Source: Podarcis liolepis (Eukaryota). Taken from it: a stretch of DNA of 64,000 nucleotides. Each line of letters starts with the position of its first letter. Positions within the stretch are counted from its first letter, which is position 1. Under the pieces are notes generated by a model that saw nothing but the letters and a program-made list of their open reading frames with translations, made no database searches and was not told where the DNA came from. The position numbers and the translations under genes are program-made. Positions 12,404 to 26,266 of the stretch are shown here, in pieces. The stretch lies in NCBI GenBank assembly GCA_965112155.1, contig OZ218105.1; one strand, given 5' to 3'.

Positions 12404-14086
12404 CTTGCTGGATCTCTACTTTTGAGATTTTTCTTGTATAGCTCTTACTACCAGGAGAAAATAAACAAATGTGGAGCCAGTTTTAGCTATAAAGCTCAAC
12501 CTATTAAACTGAGACAAACAATAATAAAAGAGACATGCTATAGTGGGAATTCATGACTGATAAACAAACACGTTAGGAATATGGTTCACAGGAATATTTG
12601 TCACAACTTATCAGTTTCAAAGGCTTAGGGGGAAAATGGAGTTTGCCGATGTGTTGTGGGTCTTTCCTCTAAGTAAAAAATCTGCATTCACAACATCAGT
12701 AAGCACATCGTTTTAGAACTCAAATTCTCCTCTTCTGCTCTCTGACTCAGCCTTAAGATCAGAAACTAACCTCTTGTGTCGTGGACTTCGGTTGGTTGGG
12801 TGTTGGAGAAGAGGAGTGTGAGAAGGAGTTGAACAGCTCTTGTGATTCTGAAATGAATTGGGAAGGCATGTGTAATTTTATTGTTATTAAAATGTGATTT
12901 TGAACAAAAGTGGATAAATAAAATTCAAGTTGAGTAGGGATTGTTAAGAAATATGAAAATTAGAAAAAAAAACCACAATAGATTAGCCAGACAGCAAGAT
13001 TTTTACAATGTGGAATGTATTAGACAAACCATTACTCTATCCTGCGTAGTACTTTCTCCTCTGACTGAATGTGGGAACCAAAAATTTATGCCATCTTCAG
13101 CAGCTATCCACCCGGTATCCTTCTAAAAGAACACTCCAGGGAGTTAGCTTGTCCCATCTATCAGCCAAAGGTGCACAGCATTGAAATTCAGCTACAGATC
13201 CCCTCTTACCTTTGCTAATGAATGATACCAAAAGTAGCTATTCGCATTGCTCTCAAAAACTTTGACTCAGCATCCCTCCGGCATGGTGAGTGGGAGCAGC
13301 AAGTCGTGCTGGAATAAGCAGGTAATCGGAAGATTTGCAGAAATTGTTAAGACGCCTCATCTGGCTCTTAGCAAGATGTGTAGGATCCTGCCCATGTCAA
13401 TCCGGTCCTGTGTAATCCATTTGCCAGCATCGTGTGATAAGCTGGTTGCTTTGTGCCTTGGGTCTCAGGATAGCATTTGGCAAACTCAGGAGGAGATTCT
13501 TGCCGTCTAAAGTTCAGTGTCCCAAGCAAGCACTCTTGAGAAGAGAGAGTTTGCAAGTGGTAAGCAGGTCCAACTTCTCTTTGCCCCTATCTGGGTGAAA
13601 TATCTTCCTTGATTAGAGTGTCACCTGATCCATTAACAGAAAGACTAACCAGTGTATTCAGAGAGTAATCAGTTTGCGATTGGTTCTGCTGGGGAAGAAC
13701 TTAGGCTGGGGTGGAGAAATATATCTGAAGAACAAAAAAGAGAGTCCTGCTAGATCAGGTCAGGTGCCCTTGCAGTCAATTGTCCTGGTCTCACAGTGGC
13801 CAAACAGATGCTTCAAGGAAGACCACAACAGCTTCTGAACACAACAGTACTCTCCTCCCCCGTGATGTTCTGCTGGCAGGCCTCAATCGCCTTAATTTTC
13901 CAACCCCCTTGGGAAAACCTTGACATGTCTGGGAGGCCAATCTGCTTTTTTGGGTGGGGTGTGGGCACACTTCTCTCCGATCCCATATGCACCAGTTCTT
14001 TACAGCCTCTATTTATTGATATCAAGCACTCTTCATTCCATCTTGGCGACAAGGAAAAAAATAATTCTCAGTCTGAATAAGGCTGC

Positions 14087-14224
14087 NNNNNNNNNNNNNN
14101 NNNNNNNNNNNNNNNNNNNNNNNNNNNNNNNNNNNNNNNNNNNNNNNNNNNNNNNNNNNNNNNNNNNNNNNNNNNNNNNNNNNNNNNNNNNNNNNNNNNN
14201 NNNNNNNNNNNNNNNNNNNNNNNN
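14087..14224. other. Assembly gap (N run)
   Basis: Ns at the position where paralogs carry (GT)n(GA)n. Confidence 0.99.
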
Positions 14225-14618
14225 CCACCTGGTTCTTAGTTTTTTCCATTCAGTCATTCCATATCCCATTCCACTGAATTTTTTTTCGGGTTGTTCTGGG
14301 GTTTTTATGCCCCTCTCAGCGCCACACAAAGCATGTCTCTTATGCAATGGTGGTATAGTTTTGGATACAGAAGCCCAAACATGGGAAGTATCAGGTTGAT
14401 ATTACTGGACATGAGACTTAGATATGTGATATAGAAGACTCTGTATGAGAATGGTCTACTGGGCACATGTTCATGACCGTTAAATGCCAGGACATTGTTA
14501 TCTGCCACCAGAGCTATCTTGCTTGAACTTATGCAGAAGATAGTTGGGTGTTTCCTGTGAGATGAGACAGTTACAAAAGCATCAAACCCAAAACTTATAT
14601 TATGGGGGGAAATAACTA

Positions 14619-15400
14619 CCGTATTTTTTGCTCCATAGGGCGCGCAGGACTATAGGGTGCACCTAGTTTTTAGGGGGGGGGGGTTTCAAGAAAAGAATAT
14701 ATTTAAAGGGAGTGCTGAGCAGAGCCAGGATGCATCCCAGGCTCTGCTCAGCGCTCCCTTTCACAAGCCGCGTGGAGTGTGTGTGTGGCTTTTGGGGGCT
14801 TTTTCCCGAGTAGGGAGAAGGGCAGCCCTTCAGTGATTGGCTCTCCTCCTCCCTCATCGGGGGAAAGCCCCCAAGAGCATCTCCGGAGGGCAGCGGGATG
14901 AAGGCTCGCTGCTGCCCTGTGGAGGCTTCGCGGGCTACCCCAGAGCTGCTCAGGAGCTTATCGGGGCTGGCGTGGAAAGCCCAGACTTCCCCCACCAGCC
15001 CCAACAACCTCTGGGAGTATTCCCAACCTCCCGCAGAATCCGCACACTCTTTAAAGAGCGCACCGCTCTTGGGGGCTTTTCCCTGAGGAGGGAGAAGGGA
15101 CTAACTGGCGGCGCCAGTCCCTTCTCCCACCTCATAGAAAAGCCCGCAGGAGCCGCGCGCTCTTTAAAGGGTGCGTGGCTCCTGGGGGCTTTCCTACAAG
15201 GTGGGAGAAGGGACTGATGAGGCCAGTCAGTCCCTTCTCCCTCCTGGGAAAAAGCCCGCAAGAGCCACACGGAGCTTGTGTGAGGCTCTTGGGGGCTTTT
15301 CCCGCCTGCCTCCCCCCTGCATTCGCTCCATAAGACGCACACACATTTTCCCTTGCTTTTTAGGAGGGAAAAAGTGTGTCCTATGGAGCGAAAAATACGG
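14619..15400. mobile_element. Tc2/pogo-like MITE, complete
   Basis: TA|CCGTATTTTTTGCTCCATAGG ... CCTATGGAGCGAAAAATACGG|TA; empty site in paralogs (e.g. ~70, ~7757, ~41072). Confidence 0.85.
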
Positions 15401-15594
15401 TATATATGCAATAATGATATGCAAAAGAATTCCAAAACATAATGGGGGTAATTAAAGTTCTGGACCTCAGACCAAATCCAGTTCTCAATCCTTGGGTTCA
15501 ATCCTTCTGCATCAGTCCAACAGCAAGTTAATTCCTCTCTTTTGAAACATCAGATTTACTTTCATTAATCGTGCACGCGCGCACACACACACTT

Positions 15595-15629
<35 letters not shown>

Positions 15630-16839
15630 GAGATACAGAGACTGCAGGAGCTGGGTTTGAAGACAGTAATCTTTCTCTATCACCCATCAGGGCTTTATGC
15701 CATTCTGATGATGAGTGTTACTTGCTCATGCTGATTTTTGGTTAACCTTTTATGTGAGCATCTTGCTTCCTCTCAATTGCATTAGAGCCTTTGAACACTG
15801 TGGTGGGTCACTTAGGTTGTGCCAGTGAAAAGCTAATCAGCTTAAGAGGAGCCCAATCATCTTCCCCCCTGCTCAGAGGTGACTCTTTGCTCTGCAATTC
15901 ACAGTGGACTGCATGGTTTCACCTGACTGCTTTATTCTCATGCCCCATGCCAAGCCTTCTTAATAAGTATTGACCAGAATGATGTGTCAAGGTGAGTATC
16001 TATCCATGGCGATTTCAGTTCTTCACCATGGAAAAGAGTCTAGTGTAGCTTTGGATATAGGCTTGACGGCTAGCATTGAGTGGAAAGTGCATTGAGGCAT
16101 GTTATGGAACCCCCCCCTCCCCAGTATGCTCTGTATTTCCCCCAAAGAACTTTTTGGGAAAGATAGTGAAGCATTGATGTCATGAATCACTTCTGCTAAT
16201 TGTCACATTGCCCTATAAAGTTGTAGATGGCAGAATTTTGTGGATTTCTATATGCACATAGTTACAATGTCTATATCACTACCTTCACATAATAAGCAGC
16301 GATCTTTTTCAGCCAGAACTTTCCGGAACTCAATTCTGGCACCTCTCAGATGGGTGCCATTTAAATTGTAATAGAACAAAGGAGACCTTTATGGTGAGTT
16401 TCTGCACCTCTTTTTCTAGAAAAATAGCACAGAAAATAGGGATTGTACTGGTGGAATTTACTATCATGCACTTTTCAAAAAATCTGCGGAAAATACTTTC
16501 TTCTTTTTTTTTTCAAACATTCGAGCTCTACATGTGAAGATTTCTTTACTTCATTCCCTTTGGCAATGAGTCTGCTTTCTATACCATTTAGCAAGTCATC
16601 CCACTCAACTTACACTGTTTAAGCGGCATTTATTTTTATTTCATTTTCTAAAACATACAAAGCATTAATCCTGCCTAATGGGCAATCCAAGGGGCTTTTA
16701 ACAATACTGCTGAAACAAGGACAAAAATTAACAGGGTACATGAATTCAAAATAATAAAATAGTGAGTACAGAGGAAAAGAAGTACCAAGAAATACACCAA
16801 GAGATAGAACATGACACTTTCTGAGCTACTTTGAAGTCT

Positions 16840-17838
16840 TCACATCCGGGTTTGAACTGAAACTTCTTGTTCCTCTCTGCAGTTTTCCTCCTCTTTGAAA
16901 AGTTTCTGGAGTATGACCTTCATGCTCTCCCTGGAACGAGCCTTCTTGTTTCTCCCAATCAGGAAATAAATCAGTGGGTTAATACTGCTATTCAGGCAGC
17001 TGCATAATAACCCAACAGATATTGCAACAAAGTACATTTTATAGTCTATATCTGGAGGGAAAAAACTGATTAATGAAATGCAAGATAATGGAAAATCTAA
17101 GAAGAGGAAGAAGAGGAGGGCAAGTAGGATGGCTGTTACAGCTTTTCCCTTCTTTCTCTGTTGTGATCTGAAGTAAACTTTTGTAAACAGGACCAGAGTG
17201 GAAACAGTCATGAGTGGGAGGCAAAGTATAGCATTCAGTAGAAAGTGGAATAAAAGTGTATACCGTAGAACAATAAAAATAGCAACAATCAAGTTGATTG
17301 CAATGAACAGGAAAGAAATGATCCATATTGTGGCACACACAAGGGTGGAAAAGTGTGGTGGTCGGTGGCATCGATGCCAAAGTGGGAAGACGACAGAAAC
17401 ACACCTGTCCATGCTAATAGCTGTCAGCAGATATTGACCAGTGTTGTACATGAAGAAAAAAAGAATGGAAACCACTGTGACAATCCAATGCATGTAGGGA
17501 GTTAAGAATGACTCCAGAAGATATATAATGGAAAAAGCAAATAAGCATATGAGAGCCCCAAGGTCAGCCGCAGCCAGATGCAGGATGAAGGTGGTGAAAG
17601 GATTCCTCTTCATGCAAAAGCCAAGAAACCAGATGACAGTTCCATTCCCAATGATTCCAAAAATGCTAATAAGTAAAATGGAGATAAGTAAAATGGGGAT
17701 AAGAATGTCTGCTATACGATATGGTGATAATTCATTTTCAAAACCATCCTGGGGAGTTAGGTCAGTTTCATCTTCTGCTCCAATATCTTCCAACGAAGCA
17801 TTCAAAGTGGACGAGGATCCCAGGCCATCATTGCTCAT
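16840..17838 (-). CDS. MRGPRH-like: Mas-related GPCR, intact, 332 aa
   Basis: 7TM MRGPR motifs; uninterrupted ORF; has Asp in TM6 (FLDFP, where paralogs have LAFP). Confidence 0.9.
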   Translation of the reverse strand: MSNDGLGSSSTLNASLEDIGAEDETDLTPQDGFENELSPYRIADILIPILLISILLISIFGIIGNGTVIWFLGFCMKRNPFTTFILHLAAADLGALICLFAFSIIYLLESFLTPYMHWIVTVVSILFFFMYNTGQYLLTAISMDRCVSVVFPLWHRCHRPPHFSTLVCATIWIISFLFIAINLIVAIFIVLRYTLLFHFLLNAILCLPLMTVSTLVLFTKVYFRSQQRKKGKAVTAILLALLFFLFLDFPLSCISLISFFPPDIDYKMYFVAISVGLLCSCLNSSINPLIYFLIGRNKKARSRESMKVILQKLFKEEENCREEQEVSVQTRM

Positions 17839-19537
17839 CTTGTTGGATCTCTACTTCTGAGATTTTTCTTGTATAGCTCTTACTACCAGGAGAAAATAAA
17901 CAAAGGTGGAGCCCGTTTTAGCTATAAAGTTCAACCTATTAAATTGAGACAAACAATAATAAAAGAGACATGCTATAGTGGGAATTAATGACTGATAAAC
18001 AAACACATTAGGAATATGGTTCACAGGAATGTTTGTCACAACTTATCAGTTTCAAAGGCTTAGGGGGGAAATGGAGTTTGCCAATGTGTTGTGGATCTTT
18101 CTTCTAAGTAAAAAAACTGCATTCACAACATCAGTAAGCACATCGTTTTAGAACTCAAATTCTCCTCTTCTGCTCTCTGACTCAGCCTTAAGATCAGAAA
18201 CTAACCTCTTGTGTCGTGAACTTTGGTTGGTTGGGTGTTGGAGAAGAGGAGTGTGAGAAGGAGTTGAAGAGCTCTTGTGATTCTGAAATGAATTGGGAAG
18301 GCATGTGTAATTTTATTGTTATTGAAATGTGATTTTGAACAAAAGTGGGTAAATAAAATTCAAGTTGAATAGGGATTGTTAAGAAATATGAAAATTAGAA
18401 AAAGCCCCACAATAGATTAGCAAGACAGCAAGAGTTGCGGAATGTAGAATGTATTAGACAAACCATTGCTCTATCCTGCGTAGTACTTTCTGCTCTGACT
18501 GGATGTGGGAACCAAAAATTTCTGCCGTCTTCACCAGCCATCCACCTGGTATCCTTCTAACAGAACACTCCAGGGAGTTAGCTTGTCCCACCTATCAGCC
18601 AAAGGTGCACAGCATTGTCATTCAGCTACAGATCCCCTCTTACCTTTGCTAATGAATGATACCAAAAGTAGCTATTCGCATTGCTCTCAAAAACTTTGGA
18701 TCAGCATCCCTCCAGCATGGTGAGTGGGAGCAGCAAGTGGTGCTGGAATAAGCAGGTAATTGGAAGATTTTCAGAAATTGTTAAGGCGCCTCATCTTGCT
18801 CTTAGCAAGATGTGTAGGATTCTGCCCATGTGTCTTCAGTTCTGTGTAATCCATTTGCCAGCATCGTGTGATAAGCTGGTTGCTTTGTGCCTTGGGTCTC
18901 AGGATAGCATTTGGCAAACTCAGGAGGAGATTCTTGCCTTCTAAAGTTCAGTGTCCCAAGCAAGCACTCTTGAGAAGAGAGAGTTTGCAAGTGGTAAGCA
19001 GGTCCAACTTCTCTTTGCCCCTATCTGGAGAAATATCTTCCTTGATTAGAGTGTCACCTGATCCATTAACAGAAAGACTAACCAGTGTATTCAGAGAGTA
19101 ATCAGTTTGCGATTGGTTCTGCTGGGGAAGAACTTAGGCTGGGGTGGAGAATTATATCTGAAGAACAAAAAAAGAGAGTCCTTATATATCAGGTCAGTGG
19201 CCCTTGCAGTCAATTGTCCTGGTCTCACAGTGGCCAAACAGATGCTTCAAGGAAGACGACAACAGCTTCTGAACACAACAGTACTCTGCTCCCCCGTGAT
19301 GTTCTGCTGGCAGGCCTCAATCGCCTTAATTTTCCAACCCCCTTGGGAAAACTCTGACATGTCTGGGAGGCCAATCTGCTTTTTTGGGTGGGTTGTGGGC
19401 ACACTTCTGTCCGATCCCATATGCACCTGTTCTTTACAGCCTCTATTTATTGATATCGAGCACTCTTCATTCCATCTTGGCGACAAGGAAAAAAATAATT
19501 CTCAGTCTGAATAAGGCTGCAATCTAGCCAGGTCAAG

Positions 19538-19541
<4 letters not shown>

Positions 19542-19613
<72 letters not shown>
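19542..19613. repeat. (GT)n(GA)n compound microsatellite
   Basis: Direct reading; inverted paralog at 34462-34533. Confidence 0.95.
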
Positions 19614-19617
<4 letters not shown>

Positions 19618-19939
19618 ACTGCATGCCCCCTTCCACCTGGTTCTTAGTTTTTTTCCATTCAGTCATTCCATATCCCATTCCACTGAATTTTTTTCGGGTT
19701 GTTCTGGGGGTTTTATGCCCCTCTCAGCGCTACACAAAGCATGTCTCTTATGCAATGGTGGTATAGTTTTGGATACAGAAGCCCAAACATGGGAAGTATC
19801 AGCTTGATATTGCTGCACATGAGACTTAGATATGTGATATAGAAGACTCTGTATGAGAATGGTCTACTGGGCACATGTTCAAGACCGTTAAATGCTAGGA
19901 CATTGTTATCCCCCACCAGAGCTATCTTGCTTGAACTTC

Positions 19940-21236
19940 TGTAGCACCCTGCTTGTGGTTAACGCTTAGCTGGAATGAAATATTCAACGCAGCAATAGAG
20001 AAATTAAAATAATTATTTATTTGTCAGACAAATAAATGAGAGGCACAGTGGTATATGGTTACCAAGCTCTGGCCTGCCCTCCTGCCATTATGGCCAGCCC
20101 TTATATTCCCTTAATCCAGCCCCCTTTGCTCCTCCTGTGGCTGCCTCTGTCCAATCAGCCTGGTTGGATTTCCTATTGGCTGATTGCTAGAACCAATCAC
20201 AAAAAGATACACCCATATTCTCCTGTCCTTATATGGAACACAAAGAGCTATATATTGTTACATCTATAAATGACAAATAAGTAGTAATATATCTTACATG
20301 TGTCTCAACAAGGAATCTTAATTACCAGCTCACCTCTTGCCCTCCTTGCCCTATTGCCTTCTAAAACAAATGGTTAATCTTAAATTTTTATCTTAAACAT
20401 ATGTCAAGGATCTTGAGTTTCACATCAACATTGAAAGATCTCCTTCATTTGAAGGTTTCCAAACAAATGTCTGACAGCCATATATCAGGACCGCTTGGAT
20501 GGCGTCTTCCTGTCTGGCAAGAGGGCTGGGCTGGTGGCTGACTTAATTCCAGGATAAATACTCTTACAACTATATGAAATCTAGCATTTCTTAAATCCTT
20601 TGCATAATTACATTTAAGCCAATATATTTAATACACAACACAAGTAGCCTCTTAAAAGGAATAAGGTCTTTGTAAAGAAGGAACTCAGTTTAAAACAGTT
20701 TCAGAAGAAACCTCTTTAGTTTACATCCCCCCCTTCAGCCAGCTGCTTTCCCCTTAGCTCTTCCCAACATTTATTGCCCTTAAACTCTCTCAGTTTAAGA
20801 AAGAAACAGCTTTAAAAAGACTTCCCAAAAATGCTTTAAAAAGACTTCCCAAAAAGCCTCTCTTTCTGCCAGCTAGATGCTTTCTCCATTTGGCCTTTAA
20901 CCTTGGAAAGAAGATATGGCTCATTTTACTGGGAGGCACATTGGCATTATTTTACTATTTACTCATTCCTAATTATATTTATCTCTGCCTTTGTTATCTT
21001 CTGTAACATGTAGGGTCAGTGTCCTTACTCAGTCTGTAATTTCAGCTTTTACGACTTTGAGAATTGTTTTCTGCTATCAATCAAAAAGGGGCCCCTTGTC
21101 TAGGAGGAAAACACTGTCAGTGTTTTCTTAAGCAGCTGGTCTGCCTGGCATGAAACTTTTGAAAATTAAGCTCTCTCTTTAATATACAAGTCCTGATCAA
21201 ACATTAATAAAATGCAGGCTTATGCCTGATGCCTCA
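19940..21236 (-). mobile_element. Solo LTR, ~1.3 kb
   Basis: TG...CA termini with 4-bp TSD CTTC (19936-19939 and 21237-21240); empty site GAACTTCTGCAG in paralogs; on the minus strand a CCAAT cluster (~20150-20200), TATA-like ~20105 and AATAAA ~20016. Confidence 0.8.
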
Positions 21237-21327
21237 CTTCTGCAGAAGATAGTTGGGTGTTTCCTGTGAGAGGAGACAGTTACAAAAGCATCAAACCCAA
21301 AAATTATATTATGGGGGGAAATAACTA

Positions 21328-22226
21328 CCGTATTTTTCACTCCATAGGGCACGCAGGACTATAGGGTGCACCTAGTTTTTAGGGGGGGGGGGTTCAAGAA
21401 AAAAAAATATTTAAACGGAGTGCTGAGCAGAGCCTGTATGCATCCCAGGCTCTGCTCAGCGCTCCCTTTCACAAGCCGCGTGGAGTGTGTCTGTGGCTCT
21501 TGGGGGCTTTTCCCCGAGGAGGGAGAAGGGCAGCCCTTCAGTGATTGACTCTCCTCCTCCCTCCTTGGGGGAAAGCCCCCAAGAGCATCTCCGGAGGGCA
21601 GCGGGATGAAGGCTCGCTGCTGCCCTGTGGAGGCTTCGTGGGCTACCCCAGAGCTGCTCAGGAGCTTATCGGGGCTGGCGTGGAAAGCCCAGACTTCCCC
21701 CACCAGCCCCAACAAGCTCTGGGAGTATTCCCCATCTCCCGCAGAATCCGCACACTCTTTAAAGGGGCTGCACGGCTTCTACTGGCTTTTCTACTGGCAG
21801 AAGCCGATCGCTCCTTAAAGGGGCTGCGCGGCTTCTACTGGCTTTCCCCCCACCTCCCACAGAAGCCGCACACTCTTTAAAGAGCGCACCGCTCTTGGGG
21901 GCTTTTCCCTGAGGAGGGAGAAGGGACTAACTGGCTGCGTCAGTCCCTTCTTCCAACTCATAGAAAAGCCCGCAGGAGCCGCACGCTCTTTAAAGGGCGC
22001 GTGGCTCCTGGGGGCCTTTCTACAAGGTGGGAGAAGGGACTGATGAGGCCAGTCAGTCCCTTCTCCCTCCTGGGGAAAAGCCCGCAAGAGCCACACGGAG
22101 CTTGTGTGAGGCTCTTGGGGGCTTTTCCCGCCTGCCTCCCCCCTGCATTCGCTCCATAAGACGCACACACATTTTCCCTTGCTTTTTAGGAGGGAAAAAG
22201 TGTGTCCTATGGAGCGAAAAATACGG
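21328..22226. mobile_element. Tc2/pogo-like MITE, complete
   Basis: CCGTATTT...AAATACGG TIRs with TA TSD; same host site as 14619-15400. Confidence 0.85.
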
Positions 22227-23669
22227 TATATATGCAATAATGATATGCAAAAGAATTCCAAAACATAATGGGGGTAATTAAAGTTCTGGGCCTCAGACCA
22301 AATCCAGTTCTGAATCCTTGGGTTCAATCCTTCTGCATCAGTCCAACAGCAAGTTAATTCCTCTCTTTTGAAACATCAGATTTACTTTCATTAATCGTGC
22401 ACACACACACACACACACACTTAGAGAGAGAGAGAGAGAGAAAGACAGACAGACAGACAGACAGACAGAGAGATACAGAGACTGCAGGAGCTGGGTTTGA
22501 AGACAGTAATCTTTCTCTGCCACCCATCAGGGCTTTGTGCCATTCTGATGATGAGTCTTACTTGCTCATGCTGATTTTCGGTTAACCTTTTATGTGAGCA
22601 GCTTGCACACTGTGGTGGGTCACTTAGGTTGTGCCAGTGAAAAGCTAATCAGCTTAAGAGGAACCCAATCATCTTCCCCCCTGCTCAGAGGTGACTCTTT
22701 GCTCTGCAATGCACAGTGGACTGCATGGTTTCACCTGACTGCTTTATTCTGATGCCCCATCCCAATCCTTCTTAATAAGTATTGACCAGAATGATGTGTC
22801 ATGGATGATGTCTCTATCCATAGCGATTTCAGTTCTTCACCATGCAGAGGAGTCTAGTGTAGCTTTGGATATAGGCTTGATGGCTAGCATTGAGTGGAAA
22901 GTGCATTGAGGCATGTTATGGAACCCCCCCTCCCAGTATGCTCTGGATTTCCCCCAAAGAACTTTTTGGGAAAGATAGTGAAGCATTGATGTCATGAATC
23001 ACTTCTGCTAATTGTCACATTGCCCTATAAAGTTGTAGATGGCAGAATTTTGTGGATTTCTATATCCACATAGTTACAATGTCTATATCACTACCTTCGT
23101 ATAATAAGCAGGGATATTTTTCAGCCAGAACTTTCCGGAACTCAATTCCGGCACCTCTCAGATGGGTGCCATTGAAATTGTAATAGAACAAAGGAGACCT
23201 TTATGGTGAGTTTCTGCACCTCTTTTTCTAGAAAAATAGCACAGAAAATAGGGGTTATACTGGTGGAATGTCCCATAATGCACTTTTTTCAAAAAATCTG
23301 GGGAAAATATTTTCTTCTGTTTTCTTCAAACATTTGGGCCCTACGTGTGAAGATTTCTTTACTTCATTCACTTTGGCAACAAATCTCTTTTCTATACCAT
23401 TTAGCAAGTAATCCCACTTGTCAAAGTCTGTTGAAGTGGCATTTCTTTTTATTTTATTTCTTTTTATTTCATTTTCTCAAACATGTAAAACACTTATCCT
23501 GCAAATTAGGGGAATCCAAGGGGCTTGTAATGATACTACTGAAACGAGGACAGAAATTAAGAGTAAATGAATCCAAAATAATTAAAAAATGGTGAGTACA
23601 GAGGAAAACAAGTACCAAGAAATACACCAAGAGATAGAAAATGAAGCTTTCCTAGCTAGTTTGAAGTCT

Positions 23670-24207
23670 TCACATCTGGGTTTGAACTGGAACTTCTCGT
23701 TCCTCTCTGCAGTTTTCCTCCTCTTCGAAAAGTGTCTGGAGTACAACCTTCATGCTCTCCCTAGACTGAGCCCTCTTGTTTCTCCCAATCAGGAAATAAA
23801 TCAGTGGGTTAATACTGCAATTCAGGCAGCTGCATAATAACACAACAGATACTTTAAAAGATGAAACATTATAGTCCAAAGGTGGATTGAAAAAATAGAT
23901 TAATCAAATAAGAAGATAAGCAAATGAGGGTCCCAAGGTCAGCAACAGCCAGATTTAGTATGAAAGTGGTGAAAGGATTCCTCTTCATGCAAAAACCAAG
24001 AAACCAGATGACAGTCCCATTCCCTATAAGTCCAAAAATGCTAATAACTAGAATTAAGAAATATAGAATATTTACTGCTGTAAGATATAGTGATGATTTG
24101 TGATCAAAACCATCCTGGGAGGTTAGGTGGTCAGTTCCATTTTCTGCTCCAATATCTTCCCATGAAGCATTCAAAGAGGACGAGGATCCCAGGCCATCGT
24201 TGCTCAT
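23670..24207 (-). pseudogene. MRGPR pseudogene with internal deletion of TM3-TM6 and a frameshift
   Basis: N-terminal ORF 23869-24207 (TM1-TM2) joins directly to ECL3/TM7/C-tail ORF 23670-23879; total 538 bp versus ~1 kb in paralogs. Confidence 0.88.
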
Positions 24208-24801
24208 CTTGCTGGATCTCTACTTTTGAGCTACTTCTTGTATAGCTCTTACTACCAGGAGAAAATAAACAAAGGTGGAGCCCGTTTTAGCTATAAAGCT
24301 CAACCATATTAAACTGAGACAAGCAATAATAAAAGAGACATGCTATAGTGGGAATTCATGACTGATAAACAAACACTTTAGGAATATGGTTCACAGGAAT
24401 GTTTGTCACAACTTATCAGTTTCCAAGGCTTTGGAGGGAAATGGAGTTCGCCGATGTGTTGTGGATCTTTCCTCTGAGTAAAAAAAACTACATTCACAAC
24501 ATCAATAAGCATATCATTTTAGAACTCAAATTCTCTTCCTCTGCTCTCTGACTCAGCCTTAAGATCAGAAACTAATGTCTTGTGTCGTAGACATTGGTTG
24601 GGTTGTGGAGAATATATAATTGGTGGTACTGCTATTATTGCAATATGGAAAGATTTGCTTTGATTTGTCATTAATTCAAGATTTTCAATGAAAAAGAATA
24701 AAAATTAGTTAAAAAACAAAAAAAGAACAAGAGAGATATAGTTAGAAGTGAAAATCTTTTGAAAGCATCATAACTGAGTGCTGTAGGTTTGAGTTGTGGA
24801 G

Positions 24802-24837
<36 letters not shown>

Positions 24838-26266
24838 GACACAAACACACACACACACCCCAACCAACACACACAGAGAGACTGCATGAGCTAGATTTGA
24901 TGAAAGTAATTTCCCCCCAAAAGCCACTGGTTGTTTCATGCCATTCTGATAGTGAGTGTTCCCTGTTTAGGCTGACATTCTGTTAGCTGTTGATGTCACT
25001 TTTAGAATGGGTGAGCTGCTTGCTGCCAGTGGGTTGGATAAGCACATTAGCGCATTGTGCTGGGGCAATTAGTTTGTTCAAGTCCAAAATGAATCAGTTT
25101 AAGAGGAGCCCAGTTATTGACCCCCCCCCCCTTAGGAGATGGTGTGTGGAAGGCAGAAGGAAGTAGAATATTCTGTGCTGATAAAAGTAGGGGGACAGAG
25201 CATTTTCAGAAATGAATGTAACTCCAAAGAAACAGCAGATGTTTCGTCAAGCTTCCAGCTAGATGTTCAGCACTCCAGCCACTATTTTTTATCTGTTCTT
25301 CAGCAGCTTCTCAATATCACGTGGTAAGATTTCCCCCCACCATTGGTTATCAATATGGCTTATGTAGGAGAAGAATCTTAACTTCTAAAGCTTCATGTCA
25401 TACAAAGGAGTTCTTAAGGAAAGTGGGTAAGCAACTTCTAGGCAGAAGGAACCAGGCAACCAGGATACAAAAATATCCTTACTGATGATGCCATGTTTTA
25501 CCTTTATCTTCCCATGTTCAAGCCAGTTAACAGCATTGTGAGTACACAATAAATGATATGCATACAAGGGTGTATCAAACACAAGACACATCATAATAAG
25601 AAAATAATTCATAAAACAAGCTCTTAATGAATGCCAACTCTTCAGTTTCCCTTCATGACTTATGATGTGTCTTAATATATATATTAGGTGGGCTTACGAC
25701 AAATAACCATTCAGACCTTCTGACATCAATGCCCAATTCTATTCACGGGATTTCCAGGATGTTTCCCAGCACAAATACCTCATTGTTGACATTTATTTTC
25801 TCCACTCTCCGAGCTTATGGAGTATGGCCAATGGGAATTTTTAATTAGAAAAATGCTTGACTTTCGGTCAGAGAGCCACACCACTGTCACTGGTATAAGC
25901 TGGTATAGCAGATATTATTATTATTATTATTATTATTAATAATAATAAATAATAGCCAGGAACAAAGTAAAAGAACCACAAAGAACTGCTAGCATCACTC
26001 ATCTGAGACCTCCAGCTATAGGACAGTATATGAATTCAAAAAATAATATTAATATATAATTCTGTCATTGAAAATAATGGAAAGAGGGTTTACCTCTATG
26101 TCTCCCCAGAGATATACAATCTGTGGATATTAACAAGTAGACTTATAGTAATAAGTTACAGAGTTCAGAGTAGAACAATTACCTGTCATGGTCCAGTTTA
26201 CGGGCGGTCGAAGTCCTGGCAGAGGAAAAAAATAAATGCTCAATCTGAATAAGGCTGCAATCTAGC

